Part shown: positions 62,004 to 64,000 of the stretch, piece by piece
Numbering within the stretch: position 1 is the first letter of the stretch
Layout: each line of letters begins with the position of its first letter
Assembly (NCBI RefSeq): GCF_024521635.1
Contig: NW_026250437.1
Coordinates: 124,001 to 188,000 of the forward strand
DNA length: 64,000 nt
DNA from: Tricharina praecox
Taxonomy: Eukaryota
Reading direction: 5' to 3'
Program-made: the position numbers and the translations under genes
The notes under the pieces: generated by a model
Told to the model about the DNA's origin: nothing
Databases searched by the model: none
The model's input: the letters and a program-made list of their open reading frames with translations, nothing else

Positions 62004-64000
62004 TCACGCTGCCCGCCTCCTCGCAGCCTCAAAATGACTCGCCAACTCCCTTAGCGCCGCGCCCATACATGGCGTAATACCCCCTGTATTATCTCCCATT
62101 AGCCATGATTCCCCCCTCCCCCACCAGCACGCGGACCGCCGTGGGAAAAACTTACAAACCCAAGTGTCATCCATCATCGTACTCCAGAGCAGGACAATTT
62201 CCTTCGCTAGGCTTGTATCGTTGGAGATCTCGATATCGACGTCTTGCAGCAGCGTGCGGATCTCGCGGAGTACCTCGGACTCTTCGTGGGTCAGTGGCGG
62301 TTGAGTCTCTACCGTGTGAGTCCATTTTGCCAGGAGGAGGACTGTGGACGTTAGTTAGTAGTGTAGGTGGGATTCATGAAGGGGAGGGGTGAAATACTCC
62401 CGCACCAGCCCGTAAGACAGTGTTCAATCCCCCAATGCAGTGCCGCCGTGCGGCGTACGAGTACATATCCGACCTTGATGGGCTCGTGCAGAACCTCATA
62501 GACAGTTCTGATCAACCTGATGAGTTCGGGGTACCTGACCAACGGCTGCGCTACGAACGCGGCCATCGCGCCGGCCACATACGCGCCATCGTGCGCGTGT
62601 AAGAGGCTCTTGCTCGGAAAGCCAAAGTCGTGCGCAAAGTGCCGGACATGTGCCAGACGCAGAAGTGAGACGACATTGAACGGGAGCGGCGAGTCCGGGC
62701 TTGACGGTTTCAGCTCGCTCTCGTGGCGGCCGAAGAAAAGAATTTTTCGACAGCGGCTCAAAATTCCTTCTGCGAGACGGGAGAGTTCTTGGCCGCTTTG
62801 CTCACGTCCCCACATCATGGCGGAGCATTGGCCGGATAACCAGAGCTGCGAAAGCACGCCGTGCATCAGTGCCAGCGCGCCGAAGGCGGGTATCGTGCAG
62901 TCGGGCGGGAGGTCAAGTGGTTTGGCAAGGAGGATGTGGTCGATGCAGGATTGGTAAGAGAAGCTATGCGGATATCGTGCCGCAATTTCAGCCCATTCCT
63001 GGCCTGGTGCCGCTTCCCAGAGCTCTTCGGCACAAGGAAGCTCCTCGTCCAGGTCCGAGACTAGTGTCGAGACCGGGTAGGAGAAGGTTATGTTCAAGAG
63101 GCTACCGAAGACGAAGATTCCGTAGCGGATCCGTTTTGCGGTCTCCCGCTGTATCCAGGTGTGCCAGTCGGAGGTCTCGGTATCAAAGGGAAGGGGACGG
63201 TGATGGGATATTGTTGTATTTGCTCGGAAGTACTGCCGACAGTTAAGTATGGCACATGTAACGGTGGGGGAGAGGGCAACCCACATTGACCACCACTGCC
63301 TGCTCCAATATTGCTTCCTCCTTCAATATCGGATCATTGCTCCACGCACCAAAGCATGCACACAGCAGCCGTGTCTGTATGATCCATAACATATCACTCT
63401 GCGAAGGTTGCATCTCCCTTTTACTAGCCTGAGTAATCTCGTTAGTCACATCACCCCCACTCGCAGAAACCGGGAAAACGAACGTGATCCACCAGCTTCT
63501 TCGCCCAATCCCGCAGCGTCCTTGCCCTCTTACGTTCTAATGAATATAGTGCTCCAATGCTGAGCATAGCTAATGTCACTGGAGCAGGTGATGACCCAGG
63601 ATCAAACGACGGGCTATGAACGATCGGCAGATGCTGATGAAATGCGGTGAAGTACGTGGCCAGCAATCGCCGTAGGGTGTCCCTATTCGGCAGCACGAAG
63701 CCCTCCACCAACTCTTCCGGATATCTGGCCTTGATCCCCGCAAACATTGAGTCCCGCGTCGCCGCATCCACCTCGGGTCGCGCAAGTGCGGCAGCCGCAG
63801 TGCGAAAGCGCATCTTTTTCTTCGGCCCCCCTGATGAGGTCGCAGATATCGAGGGTGTTCGTGGACATGCGCCGCCGATGGTGTGAGGTGTGGCGACTTT
63901 TGGACTGCTAGTGTGTCCGTACAGTACCCCGTCGTCATAATTGTGTTGGTGCTGAATAGCCAGACCGGCAGGTGACTCCGCCGCGGAAACCGAGAGTGGG
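62004..64000 (-). CDS. Fungal-specific transcription factor (Fungal_trans domain, C2H2-associated type); 5' end outside the window
   Basis: YFTAFHQHLPIVHSPSF, AMLSIGALY, WIQRETAKR and LPCAEELWEA. Spliced 3' exons give ILLLAKW...DTWVWGITP...RRAA* with the stop at 62004. The DNA-binding domain is not visible. Confidence 0.85.

Overview
Fungal (filamentous ascomycete-type) genomic DNA with short GT-AG introns and CT(A/G)AC-like branch points. The left two-thirds holds mostly housekeeping genes: a partial carotenoid oxygenase, a Q-rich coiled-coil protein, MoaA/MoaC, PUS7, a GH17 glucanase, a PTH11-like receptor, a small orphan, a Pex22-like peroxin, SPT20 and a LAMMER kinase. These are interspersed with decayed Ty1/copia pieces, a solo LTR with a 5-bp TSD, PIF/Harbinger-like MITEs and tandem repeat arrays. 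The last ~13.5 kb is a compact cluster: NAD-binding reductase, metallo-beta-lactamase-fold lactonase, beta-hydroxyacid dehydrogenase, SDR, cytochrome P450, alpha/beta hydrolase, carboxymuconolactone-decarboxylase-like protein and a Fungal_trans transcription factor. Its promoters share a recurrent GYGGGG(TA)/(TA)CCCCRC motif, making it a candidate undescribed co-regulated catabolic or detoxification system. Other notable points: a splice switch between stand-alone MoaA and a MoaA-MoaC fusion, TA-anchored CCTA/TAGG micro-insertions resembling transposon footprints, and an apparent frameshift in SPT20 exon 1. All calls come from reading the sequence; no searches were run.
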